64,000 bases of DNA from Desulfobacterales bacterium. GTDB taxonomy: Bacteria > Desulfobacterota > Desulfobacteria > Desulfobacterales > JAFDDL01. The stretch spans positions 4,362 to 68,361 of the forward strand of contig JAVEYW010000006.1 of NCBI GenBank assembly GCA_034003325.1, in the 5' to 3' direction. The notes beneath the pieces were generated by a model. That model ran no database searches. It saw only the letters and a program-made list of their open reading frames with translations, and was not told the DNA's origin. Below are positions 9,581 to 18,771 of this stretch, piece after piece. The first letter of the stretch is position 1, and the number at the start of each line of letters is the position of its first letter. The translations under genes and the position numbers were made by a program.

Positions 9581-9883
9581 ATGCCGGAGTTTGGAACACC
9601 TTTTTCAGGATTGGCAAAGGACAGGAAGCTGACGAATGAAGAGCTTATCAGAGCTATTCGATTCATGGTGGCGGCAGAGTATGAAGCAATTCAATTGTAC
9701 ATGCAACTTGCGGAGTCTACAGACAACAAGCTGGCCATCGAAGTGCTTAAGGATATTGCCGATGAAGAACGCGTTCACGCGGGGGAGTTTTTGCGATTGC
9801 TCCGTGAACTATCCCCCGATGAAGAAAAGTTCTATGCGGAGGGGGAAAAAGAAGTAGAAGAAGAGATCGCGAAAATGAAGTAG
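9581..9883 (+). CDS. Half-ferritin / rubrerythrin-superfamily two-helix protein (EncFtn/Flp-like)
   Basis: ATG 9581 with GAGGAG at 9568-9573. Di-iron-type motifs AAEYEAIQLY and DEERVHAGEF (ExxH). About 100 aa. No C-terminal encapsulin-targeting peptide recognised. Confidence 0.6.
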   Translation: MPEFGTPFSGLAKDRKLTNEELIRAIRFMVAAEYEAIQLYMQLAESTDNKLAIEVLKDIADEERVHAGEFLRLLRELSPDEEKFYAEGEKEVEEEIAKMK

Positions 9884-9916
9884 CAAGTACGAAAGTATCA
9901 TCGTGCCATAAACCCG

Positions 9917-11548
9917 GTGCCGGCAGCGGCTGATAAGCGCGCCGGCGCCGTGAGGTCAGGTATTCAGATGAAAGCGGTGTACGGCATCAACACGAATTCA
10001 AAAATTGACGACAATCAAGACGCCCTGGCAGCCATGCTTGAGTGCATTCCTATTTTAGAAAAAATTGCGGAACAATCCGAACTGTTAGCGCTCTTGCCGG
10101 AATCCGAGCGGATTGCGCTGATCACCGCGGCCGGGAAAATATCCCGGCCCGACCGCAAGGAGATCAAAAAGCGGAATAAAGACAGAAAACATCAGCAGCG
10201 TCTGGTGGTTGTGGAAAAAGAACGCGGGCTAAGGGCGGCCACCGGGATTCGAAAGGCCAGGGAAGCCGCGGTCTTTACCGCCCCCCTGCGAATTTCGGTG
10301 TCCGATAGGGAAGCTGAAAAGGAAGGTGCCGCACGAACGCTGGAAACGCCGCGAAACTGTTATGTGTGCAAGGCCGAGTTTACGAGGCTTCATCATTTTT
10401 ATGATGCCATGTGTCCGGAATGCGCCCAATTCAATTATCGGAAGCGTTTTCAGACCGCTTCCCTGAAGGGGCGGGTGGCCCTGATCACGGGCTCCCGGCT
10501 CAAGATCGGCTACCAGGCCACGTTGATGATGCTTCGGGCCGGGGCAACCGTGATTGCCACCACCCGCTTTCCAAAGGATTCGGCGTTGCGATTTTCCGGA
10601 GAAGCGGATTTTTCCGACTGGGGCAACCGGCTTCATATTTACGGGCTGGATCTTCGCCACACGCCCAGTGTGGAACTTTTTACGGATTACTTCAGAGAAA
10701 CCTACCAGCGCCTGGATATACTCATCAACAACGCCGCGCAGACGGTTCGCAGGCCGCCGGGATTCTATGCCCATCTGATGGAAAATGAAAATAGGGGGCT
10801 GGCCGAATTGCCAATGAATGCCCAAGCCCTTTTGCGTCATTACCAGTCTTGCATTTCTCAGCTTGAATTCGGGCAAACGGAGCATGTGGGCCGGGAAAAG
10901 GCGCTGCCTGTTACCTGGAACGGAACCGCCCCGGGCGTGGGGTTGCGCATGTCCGCGCGACTCTCTCAGATTCCCTATTCTTATGACCATTCCCTGAATG
11001 TGCCGGAGGTTTTTCCGGCGGAAAAACTCGATGCCGATCTTCAGCAAGTGGATCTTCGAAAGACCAATTCCTGGCGGCTGCGGCTGGGGGAGATACCGAC
11101 CGCGGAAATGCTGGAAATTCAACTGGTCAACTCCGTGGCGCCCTTTGTTTTGTGCAACCGGCTGGCCGATCTGATGAAGCGGGATTACACCGGGGAAAAA
11201 CATATTGTAAATGTTTCAGCCATGGAGGGCAAATTTCTGCGGTTTAAAAAGGGCAGCCGCCACCCTCATACCAATATGGCTAAGGCGGCTCTGAACATGC
11301 TGACCCATACCGCGGCCGAGGATTTGGCCAAATACGGGATTTTCATGAATGCCGTTGACACCGGCTGGGTCACGGATGAAGATCCAGCCATTCTGGCCAA
11401 GCACAAGCAGGATTGCCATGATTTTCAGCCTCCCCTGGATATTGTGGACGGCGCTGCAAGAGTCTGTGATCCTTTCTTCCATGGCATTCTGACGGGAAAA
11501 CACTGGCAGGGTAAATTTTTGAAAGATTACTTTCCCATCGACTGGTAG
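9917..11548 (+). CDS. SDR-family oxidoreductase with about 190-aa N-terminal extension containing a CxxC..CxxC zinc-ribbon
   Basis: Rossmann motif [22 protein letters not shown], and [22 protein letters not shown] upstream of the SDR core. Start is uncertain (GTG 9917 or ATG 9967). Confidence 0.8.
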   Translation: MPAAADKRAGAVRSGIQMKAVYGINTNSKIDDNQDALAAMLECIPILEKIAEQSELLALLPESERIALITAAGKISRPDRKEIKKRNKDRKHQQRLVVVEKERGLRAATGIRKAREAAVFTAPLRISVSDREAEKEGAARTLETPRNCYVCKAEFTRLHHFYDAMCPECAQFNYRKRFQTASLKGRVALITGSRLKIGYQATLMMLRAGATVIATTRFPKDSALRFSGEADFSDWGNRLHIYGLDLRHTPSVELFTDYFRETYQRLDILINNAAQTVRRPPGFYAHLMENENRGLAELPMNAQALLRHYQSCISQLEFGQTEHVGREKALPVTWNGTAPGVGLRMSARLSQIPYSYDHSLNVPEVFPAEKLDADLQQVDLRKTNSWRLRLGEIPTAEMLEIQLVNSVAPFVLCNRLADLMKRDYTGEKHIVNVSAMEGKFLRFKKGSRHPHTNMAKAALNMLTHTAAEDLAKYGIFMNAVDTGWVTDEDPAILAKHKQDCHDFQPPLDIVDGAARVCDPFFHGILTGKHWQGKFLKDYFPIDW

Positions 11549-11604
11549 ACCCGCCAGGGCAATCGCATGTCATGTTATCATTTGGAGCTCTTTAAATTTA
11601 TTTT

Positions 11605-12177
11605 TCAGCTTTTGGCCCGAGACATGAACTGGCCTGTTTCCGTGTTCACCCGAATCACCTCGCCGACTGCCATATAATCGGGCACCAGCACGGTAACCCC
11701 ATTGGAAAGTTCCGCAGGTTTATTGCGGTTCGTGGCGGAGGCGCCTTTGATGGTCGGCGCCGTGTTCACAATTTCAAGGTCGATGGCTTGAGGCAGTTCA
11801 ATACACAGGGGGTGGCCTTCGCGCAGCAGCACCGTAATCCCTTCCAACCCCTCCACCAGCCACTGACGCTGCCCTTCGAGGTTATCCGCCGACAGGGTGT
11901 ATTGTTCATAATTCTCGCTATCCATGAACGTATGCATATTCTGATCACGGTAGAGATAACTTACCTTCCGCCTGTCCACCGTCATCTCTTCTAGCGAATC
12001 GCCACTCTTGAAGGTTTGGTCTAGTTTCTGGCCGGTGATCAGCGACGCGAACCGTACCTTGCACAAGGTGTTGCCCCCCCTTGCCGTAGGGGTGTGAATA
12101 TCGATTTGTTTGACCTGATAGGGCTGCTCGTCAATGTTGATGATATGTCCTTTTTTAAGATTTCCGGCTTTTAGCAA
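11605..12177 (-). CDS. yeiP: Elongation factor P-like protein YeiP/EfpL
   Basis: TTG start with AGGAG 8 nt upstream. EF-P three-domain length (190 aa). Loop ..HTPTARGGNTLCKVRF.. carries Arg where EF-P has the modified Lys, as in YeiP. Confidence 0.85.
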   Translation of the reverse strand: MLKAGNLKKGHIINIDEQPYQVKQIDIHTPTARGGNTLCKVRFASLITGQKLDQTFKSGDSLEEMTVDRRKVSYLYRDQNMHTFMDSENYEQYTLSADNLEGQRQWLVEGLEGITVLLREGHPLCIELPQAIDLEIVNTAPTIKGASATNRNKPAELSNGVTVLVPDYMAVGEVIRVNTETGQFMSRAKS

Positions 12178-12344
12178 AATTCTCTCTCCTGTAATACCTA
12201 TCGAATGATGTTAATTTGAAATACGGTTGGACAAATGTCCCTTCCATTTCGAAAGGTTCCTTGTTTTTACCCATCCTTCGTCGAAAGGAGTAAGGTATTT
12301 AACAGTCACCTTCCATGAACGATTTCCTCCGGAGATTCTTGAAA

Positions 12345-13664
12345 TTATACCGGCAGATTATTGTTGGCAATCGAATTGTCTTGCGATAGTGCTGCTGCGA
12401 GCGCCCGCAGGCGTTGCAGCAAGCCGGGCGCGGGATAGCCGTCCGGCGGCAGTGAAAGCTTCTTCTGGAATTCGCGGATCGCGGCGCGTGTGCGCGGACC
12501 CAGCAGGCCGTCCTCCAATCCGGCATCGAAACCGAGGCGGTTGAGAAGCTGCTGTATTTCCTCTGCCTCGGTGCGTGAGAGCGGTTTATGCTCTGCATCC
12601 CGGCCGGTCGCGAGCTGTGGAAACCCGATAATTCGGTCTGCCAGATGACCGACGGAGATGGCGTAGTTGATGGAACGGTTCCAGCGCATGATGACCCGGA
12701 AATTGTCGTAAACCAGGAATGCCGGGCCGTTATGGCCCTGCGGCAGCACGATGGCGCCTTCCATATTCGTCTCCTGCAAGGCCGTGCCGTCGGTTTGCCG
12801 TACCCCAAGCGATGACCACTCGGCCGGCGGCTTTTTTATATTCAACGTGGCAAGCATCAGGTCGAAGTCCTTCGGAAGGCGCACCTCGCGACCCCAGGTT
12901 TCACCCGGCCGCCAGCCCATGTTGGCGAGGTAGTTGGCCGCCGAAGAGAAGGCGTCCGGCAGGCTGCCCCAGATATCCTTGCGGCCGTTGCCGGTATAAT
13001 CCACGGCATGTCCGACGAAAGTTGAGGGCATGAACTGAAAGTGCCCCATTGCACCAGCCCAGGAGCCTGTCATCGCATTCGGCGAGATGTGGCCCGCCTC
13101 GATAATTTGCAGTGCGGACAGAAGCTCCGTTCGGAAGAAATAAGCGCGTCGCTGGTCGAAGGCAAGCGTTGCCAGTGTATCGATTACACGGAACCCGCCA
13201 AGATTGTTGCCAAAGTTTGTCTCCAGCCCCCAGAATGCGATGAGATAGCGTGGTGGCACGCCGTATTCGGAATGAATTTTATCCAGCAGGTCGCGATGCG
13301 TTTTCAGCAGTGCCCGACCGCGGTTTATTCGCTCGTCGTTGACGCTTCGGCGAAGGTATGTCCAGAAGGTCTGAGTGAACTCCGGTTGGCGACGGTCGAG
13401 TTCGAGCACGCGCATCACCGGCGCGATATGGCGCAGCGCCGCGTCCAATGTCGCCTCGGAGATACCTTTCTCGCGCGCCTCGTTGCGTAGCACCTCCAGC
13501 CAGTCTTCGAAAGCCTGTTCGGAAAGCGCCTCATGCGCCCCAGCCTTGCCGGTTTCTTCCTGGGCCTGTGCGTTACCCTTCTGCCAAGGTGCGAGCAACA
13601 AAGCCGCGCCTATTGCTGCTACCAGTGTAAGTCCCCAGCGCCTTGTCGTTTTCAAAAAAGTCAT
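12345..13664 (-). CDS. Lytic murein transglycosylase (MltB/SLT_2 family) with C-terminal peptidoglycan-binding domain
   Basis: Signal peptide. GAMGHFQFMPSTF catalytic-region motif. C-terminal ..LLNRLGFDAGLEDGLLGPRTRAAIREFQ.. matches the PG_binding_1 signature. Confidence 0.9.
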   Translation of the reverse strand: MTFLKTTRRWGLTLVAAIGAALLLAPWQKGNAQAQEETGKAGAHEALSEQAFEDWLEVLRNEAREKGISEATLDAALRHIAPVMRVLELDRRQPEFTQTFWTYLRRSVNDERINRGRALLKTHRDLLDKIHSEYGVPPRYLIAFWGLETNFGNNLGGFRVIDTLATLAFDQRRAYFFRTELLSALQIIEAGHISPNAMTGSWAGAMGHFQFMPSTFVGHAVDYTGNGRKDIWGSLPDAFSSAANYLANMGWRPGETWGREVRLPKDFDLMLATLNIKKPPAEWSSLGVRQTDGTALQETNMEGAIVLPQGHNGPAFLVYDNFRVIMRWNRSINYAISVGHLADRIIGFPQLATGRDAEHKPLSRTEAEEIQQLLNRLGFDAGLEDGLLGPRTRAAIREFQKKLSLPPDGYPAPGLLQRLRALAAALSQDNSIANNNLPV

Positions 13665-14244
13665 TCAAGTCCTTTCCTCTCGGGGCCGCATCAACTCTTG
13701 GCTAAAATGAGACGATTTGAAATTGTCATTGATGCTTATTTCTATAATAGGATGTATGTAAAATAAAGCTGTAAATGTTACGCCAAACACAACTTGCCGA
13801 CATACCGCAAAGCACCCATTAAGCCGGTGACTGCCAATCACCCACCGGTTTTCTTCTGGTTATTCGATATGGAATAGACGGTCCCGATCAAATAGACAGT
13901 AACGAAGTGGCTTGTAATTATCCGGGAAAGTATATACGATGAGGGCGATTTCAGAGGCTTGGGTTTTATGAGGAGCAGCTTTTTTATAGGAGTGCCCCGT
14001 ATATAATTTACTCACCTGTGGGTTCAAAGGTGAGGTCCTTCCGGTCAATCCGAAATACGATAAGATACTTGGACAAAAATGCTATCCGAATCCGGAATCC
14101 ATAGATCCGCTGCCGGACCCGGCGATCCTTGTGCTTAACCAACATTCCGCAATGGGTATGACCGAACGCGGGGCAACACACGGTGTCGGCTGTGTGCCTT
14201 CACTTACACGGCAGTGCCAGATTTTTCAGCTAAGGAGCAATTGA

Positions 14245-15321
14245 TTGGAAACTGTAAAAGGACATTTGGAAATATTGGACAGGGGGTTTGGATTTTTGCG
14301 TGATATCGACAAAAATTTCGAGCCGGGGCCGGCAGACGTTTTTATCCCGGCGCACTTCATTGAGGCGCATCGACTGCGTGAGGGAAGCTTCATCGTGGGG
14401 ACCGCGGTTCCCGGCGCATCTAAGAGCGGCAGTCTAAAACTCAATCGAATAGAAACGATCAACGGCGTTGCATTTGAAGACAGTTTGAAAATCGAGCAAC
14501 TCTGGAATCGGACCAGCATCAGTCCGACGGAGAGATTGATTATGACCCAGGGCTCGAATGACTTGATGGGCAAAGTGCTGGACATGATCGTGCCGATCGG
14601 AAAGGGGCAGCGGGGGCTGATTGTCTCTCCGCCCAAAACCGGTAAGACAACCATTATGCGTCATATGGCCAACGCCATTGTGACCAACCACCCCGAAGTG
14701 ACGGTTTTCGTGCTGCTGGTGGATGAGCGTCCCGAAGAAGTGACGGATTTTAAAAGGGGGCTTAAAAGCGCCCATGTGCTGTACTCTTCCGCGGATCAGA
14801 AAATTTACCAGCATATGCGTATGACGAGGCTGGCTATGCATACGGCTATTCGTTGCGCCGAAGTGGGCCGGGATGCGGTGGTTTTTATCGATTCTTTGAC
14901 CCGAATGTCGCGTGCTTTTAACGCGGAAACCGATAGTTTCGGCCGGACCATGACCGGCGGGCTGGGTGCCAACGCGCTGGAGGTGCCGAGAAAAATATTC
15001 GGCGCGGCGCGAAAGGTCGAGGACGGCGGATCATTGACCACTATCGCTACGATTCTGGTGGACACCGGCAGCCGCATGGATGATATCATCTTTCAGGAGT
15101 TCAAGGGCACTGGCAACATGGACCTGGTATTGAGTCGGGCTTGTGCCGAGCAAAGGGTGTATCCAGCGGTCAACATCAATCAATCCGGCACCCGCAAGGA
15201 AGATCTGGTGATGACGAAAGACGAGCTTCACCAGGCAATCGAAATCCGGCGTGCGTTGGCGCAACTCGATGAGCTTACCGCCATGACCCGGCTTCTGGAA
15301 TATTTGGACGGGAAAAAATAA
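14245..15321 (+). CDS. rho: Transcription termination factor Rho, short form lacking the N-terminal helix bundle
   Basis: TTG start with AAGGAG 7 nt upstream. Begins at the CSD-like RNA-binding region (GHLEILDRGFGFLRD). Walker A PPKTGKT. 358 aa. An in-frame TGA at 14242-14244 precludes upstream extension. Confidence 0.9.
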   Translation: METVKGHLEILDRGFGFLRDIDKNFEPGPADVFIPAHFIEAHRLREGSFIVGTAVPGASKSGSLKLNRIETINGVAFEDSLKIEQLWNRTSISPTERLIMTQGSNDLMGKVLDMIVPIGKGQRGLIVSPPKTGKTTIMRHMANAIVTNHPEVTVFVLLVDERPEEVTDFKRGLKSAHVLYSSADQKIYQHMRMTRLAMHTAIRCAEVGRDAVVFIDSLTRMSRAFNAETDSFGRTMTGGLGANALEVPRKIFGAARKVEDGGSLTTIATILVDTGSRMDDIIFQEFKGTGNMDLVLSRACAEQRVYPAVNINQSGTRKEDLVMTKDELHQAIEIRRALAQLDELTAMTRLLEYLDGKK

Positions 15322-15423
15322 GGGAAGATGGGGACGCTTCAACGCAGCTTCACGAACACGTATCCGTCGTTTATATATCCGAACCGCCTGAATAGGGGAC
15401 TGTGTGAGCGGGTCATCCCTTGG

Positions 15424-15666
15424 TTATATTTCCATGCGGGTTACGGAAATGTGGCCGCTGAAACAGACATCCACGTCACTGCCGGTGGATCGCGGGCGGT
15501 CATGAATAATCCCCTCATACTGATAACCGGTCTCTTTTTTGGAAAACCGGTATGAATGCGGATGCTTGTCAATGGGGCACATGAGATGGGAAATCTTGGA
15601 TGATGCTGTAATGGGGCTTGGCAGGTTGATATTCCAGAACATTCCAATAGTTAGCGGTTTTTTCAT
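15424..15666 (-). CDS. Hypothetical protein (80 aa), no family recognised
   Basis: ATG-initiated ORF convergent with rho. Weak support only; it could be a gene remnant. Confidence 0.25.
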   Translation of the reverse strand: MKKPLTIGMFWNINLPSPITASSKISHLMCPIDKHPHSYRFSKKETGYQYEGIIHDRPRSTGSDVDVCFSGHISVTRMEI

Positions 15667-15707
15667 AGAATAAAAAAGAACCGACGCAGTAAGACGGAGG
15701 TGACATT

Positions 15708-15842
15708 ATGGCCGATATGAGAATTGAAGATTATTTTTATGAAAGCGATAAAGGGCATGTGGACACCCGACATGAGAATTTTGAGTGTGCAAACCCAGAC
15801 GAAAATCTCGGATGTGATCTGGGAATCGATGTTCAGGGGTAA
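15708..15842 (+). CDS. Candidate small acidic protein (44 aa, 2 Cys)
   Basis: Not in the track (under 60 aa). GGAGGTG lies 7 nt upstream of the ATG. Sequence MADMRIEDYFYESDKGHVDTRHENFECANPDENLGCDLGIDVQG. A hairpin plus T-tract follows about 55 nt downstream. Confidence 0.35.
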   Translation: MADMRIEDYFYESDKGHVDTRHENFECANPDENLGCDLGIDVQG

Positions 15843-15896
15843 TCTTCGCAATACGTTGACCCTGATCAATATAGAAAGTTTATTTCAACTGCAGCA

Positions 15897-15931
15897 AAAG
15901 GCAGCGCCTCTATCGAGACACTGCCTTTTTG
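15897..15931 (+). terminator. Rho-independent terminator candidate
   Basis: AAGGCAG, a 16-nt loop, CTGCCTT, then TTTT. Confidence 0.5.
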
Positions 15932-16097
15932 CGTGTGGCATGAGCGCTTTTTTTGCGGCTGTTTCCCGATCAATGTCGCGCTGGGCTCGATTGGCGCGTG
16001 TTTCAGGCGGCGCAACCTTGACAATTGTGTGAATGGAATGCTTTATTAAGGCGATCATGCGAGGATATTAAATGCGTCGAGGAAGAAAGGAACGCTT

Positions 16098-16631
16098 ATG
16101 TTTATCGACTTGATCAGATCGCGAAGAAGTATTCGAAAGTTTCAGGACCGGCCGGTCGAGCCGGAGAAAATTGATTCTCTGGTGGAAACCGTGCTGCGTG
16201 CTCCGTCCTCAAGAGACTTGAATCCCTGGTCCTTTGTCGTGGTTACCGACCCGGATATGATTTCGGCCTTGTCCAAGGCCAAGCCGCATGGCGCTTCTTT
16301 TCTGTCCGGCGCACCGTTGGCGATCGTCGTTTGCGCGGATCCAGCCAAATCGGATGTGTGGGTGGAGGATGCATCCATTGCTGCTATTTATCTGCACCTG
16401 GCGGCAACGGACCTCGCGCTTGGCAGTTGCTGGATTCAATTGCGGGAGCGGATGCACGATGCGCACCAAAGCGCAGGCGATTATGTGTCCGGAGTGCTGG
16501 GACTGCCCGAAGGAATGGCCGTGGAGGCGATCATCGCTATCGGCTATTCCGCAGAGAAAAAAACGCCCCATTCAAAATCCGGCCTTCCTCACGAGAAGGT
16601 TAGTTGGGAGCGTTATGGGCATCAGCGGTGA
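16098..16631 (+). CDS. Nitroreductase-family FMN oxidoreductase
   Basis: MFIDLIRSRRSIRKFQDRPV.. is the canonical nitroreductase N-terminus. 177 aa. Confidence 0.9.
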   Translation: MFIDLIRSRRSIRKFQDRPVEPEKIDSLVETVLRAPSSRDLNPWSFVVVTDPDMISALSKAKPHGASFLSGAPLAIVVCADPAKSDVWVEDASIAAIYLHLAATDLALGSCWIQLRERMHDAHQSAGDYVSGVLGLPEGMAVEAIIAIGYSAEKKTPHSKSGLPHEKVSWERYGHQR

Positions 16632-16649
16632 TGCTTTTTGATCCGTATA

Positions 16650-16695
16650 AAAATAAAAAAGGGCGGTATATTCTCACCACATGAAAAACCGCCCC
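16650..16695 (-). terminator. Terminator candidate for the HU gene
   Basis: On the - strand: GGGGCGGT, about a 20-nt loop, ACCGCCC, then TTTTTTATTTTT. Confidence 0.5.
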
Positions 16696-16742
16696 AATGC
16701 ATTTCGTCTCGGCATTCAATCCGATGGCTTGAAATGGCTTCT

Positions 16743-17015
16743 TTAGACCGCTTCCTTCAGCTTTTTGCCGGGTTTGAACTTTACAACATTAGCCGCCTTG
16801 ATTTTGATGGTTGCCCCGGTCTGGGGGTTTCGCCCTTGGCGCGCTTTGCGGTGGCTGGTTGCGAACGTGCCGAAGCCTGTCAGCGTTACTTTGCCGTCTT
16901 TTTTCTTGAGCGCCATTTTGATGCCGTCGAGAAAGGAGTTCAACGCGGCGGTTGCTGCAGCTTTTGAAATACCGGCGTCAATTGCCATTTGTTCAAGCAG
17001 TTCTGCTTTTGTCAT
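16743..17015 (-). CDS. hup: HU-family DNA-binding protein
   Basis: MTKAELLEQMA...GFGTFATSHRKARQGRNPQTGATIKIKAANVVKFKPGKKLKEAV. 90 aa. Confidence 0.95.
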   Translation of the reverse strand: MTKAELLEQMAIDAGISKAAATAALNSFLDGIKMALKKKDGKVTLTGFGTFATSHRKARQGRNPQTGATIKIKAANVVKFKPGKKLKEAV

Positions 17016-17198
17016 GAGATGGTCCCCCCTGAAAAGTGTGGTTTTAAAAAGTAAACGGTCGTTGGTAAATAAGGTGGATTTAGTGATAAATCAACAAAAA
17101 ATAGTGGGAAAAGAACCGTGTCATAAAGTAGGGGTCGGTGATAAACGCCGCGCCTTAAGTTCACGTTTGGGTGAAGGGCGCTATCGGTCTTCCCCGGA

Positions 17199-18755
17199 TT
17201 AATTTATATTATTTATGAAATCAGCAACTTGTTTTGCAACACGCTGCCCATCCATGGCCGATGAAACGATGCCTCCGGCATAACCGGCCCCCTCACCGCA
17301 GGGGAAAAGGCGAAATAATTGGGAATGCATAAGGTTTCCGGCGTTTCGCGGAATACGCACGGGTGAACTGGTTCGGGACTCCACCGCGATCAGCAGGGCC
17401 TCTTCAGTCAGAAACCCTTTCAGTTTTCGATTAAAAATGTCAAAGGCAGCCGCCAGACGGCGGGTGACAAAGGGCGGCAGCAGTTCATGGAGTGGTGCTG
17501 AGGCTATCCCCGGCAGATACGATGATGTTGGTAACCTGTCGGAAAGTTTACTTTTGATAAAATCCGTCATTCGTTGGGCTGGTGCACGTTGCCCGTTGCC
17601 GCCGCCCATTCGGAACGCCTTGGCCTCAAGCGCCCGCTGAAACGCCAAAACGCTTAAAGGCCCCTTGGCGTGATCAGCTTGAATGTCTTCGGGGAGAACT
17701 TCCACGACCATTCCGGCATTGGCAAAGGGTCCCTTTCGCCCGGAAAAACTCATGCCGTTGACAGCCAGCTCACAGGGGCCCGTTGCCGTGGGTACGATAT
17801 ATCCGCCCGGGCACATGCAAAAGGAATAGATGCCTCTATCCTCGTATTGGCAGGCCAGCCGGTAGGTGGCCGCCGGAAGGTTTGAATGCCGCGGGTGGTG
17901 ATGGTATTGCGCGGCATCAATCAAGGCCTGGGGATGCTCCACTCGCACGCCGATTGCCAGGGGTTTTGCCTCGATGAGAAAGCCCCTGTCATGAAACCAC
18001 TGATAGAGGTCGCGAGCCGAATGGCCGGCGGCCAGTATGACGGCATCCGCCGTTACCTGATTGCCGTCCGACAGGCGAACGCCGGTGACGGCGCCTTCAT
18101 TCAATATAAAGTCCGTGACCCTGGCGTTAAAATGAACTTCCCCGCCGCAGGTTGTGATGGTTTCGCGAATCCGTTGAACCACGGCGGGCAATTTATTGGA
18201 ACCGATATGGGGATGGGCGTCTATTAGAATATCCTCGGATGCGCCATGGTAAACGAGCAGTTGCAGAATCTTTCCCGCATCGCCTCGTTTGGTGGCACGG
18301 GTGTAGAGCTTGCCGTCTGAAAAAGTACCCGCGCCCCCTTCGCCGAAGCAGTAATTGGAGTTGGGGTCAATGGTTCCGTCCCGTAAAATTCCGGCGATGC
18401 GTTTGCGCCGTGCGCGAACATTCTCCCCTTGCTCCAGGACAATCGGCTTGATCCCGTTTTCAATCAGCGCCAAAGCCGCAAAATAACCTGCCGGACCGGC
18501 GCCCACAATGATAACGCGGGGCGTTGGCGCCACGGGTTCAAACCGGAACATCGGTTTATCAGCGGCGTTTTGTCTTTTTGGGTTGATCTCGATTCGAAGG
18601 ACGAAATGGGGGGGGTTCCGGCGTGCATCGACCGAGCGCTTGATAATGCGATAGTGCTCACCAACATGGGGGTGTTTTTCAAGAATTCGGCGAGAAAGAT
18701 AAGCCTTATCGTAAATAAACTTTGGAGCTACTGTGATATCGACAAAATGGACCAA
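17199..18755 (-). CDS. FAD-dependent oxidoreductase (COG2509-like)
   Basis: IIVGAGPAGYFAAL dinucleotide-binding motif. The track start at 18806 would overlap the upstream gene. An in-frame TTG at 18755 (MVHFVDIT..), 17 nt after the upstream stop, is preferred. Confidence 0.8.
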   Translation of the reverse strand: MVHFVDITVAPKFIYDKAYLSRRILEKHPHVGEHYRIIKRSVDARRNPPHFVLRIEINPKRQNAADKPMFRFEPVAPTPRVIIVGAGPAGYFAALALIENGIKPIVLEQGENVRARRKRIAGILRDGTIDPNSNYCFGEGGAGTFSDGKLYTRATKRGDAGKILQLLVYHGASEDILIDAHPHIGSNKLPAVVQRIRETITTCGGEVHFNARVTDFILNEGAVTGVRLSDGNQVTADAVILAAGHSARDLYQWFHDRGFLIEAKPLAIGVRVEHPQALIDAAQYHHHPRHSNLPAATYRLACQYEDRGIYSFCMCPGGYIVPTATGPCELAVNGMSFSGRKGPFANAGMVVEVLPEDIQADHAKGPLSVLAFQRALEAKAFRMGGGNGQRAPAQRMTDFIKSKLSDRLPTSSYLPGIASAPLHELLPPFVTRRLAAAFDIFNRKLKGFLTEEALLIAVESRTSSPVRIPRNAGNLMHSQLFRLFPCGEGAGYAGGIVSSAMDGQRVAKQVADFINNIN

Positions 18756-18771
18756 CCCCGCACCCTTTTCC

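Noticed and set aside
9581-9883. Encapsulin nanocompartment cargo
   Set aside because: The half-ferritin resembles EncFtn/Flp, but no encapsulin shell gene is adjacent and no C-terminal targeting peptide was recognised.
10229-11203. 324-aa reverse ORF
   Set aside because: Antisense to the SDR gene. Arg/Gly/Pro-rich, with no recognisable motifs.
13860-14048. 62-aa reverse ORF in the rho leader (possible toxin-antitoxin-like small gene)
   Set aside because: No SD, no recognisable family and an odd composition. The 30-codon ORF at 14152-14244 ending at the rho start was likewise judged fortuitous.
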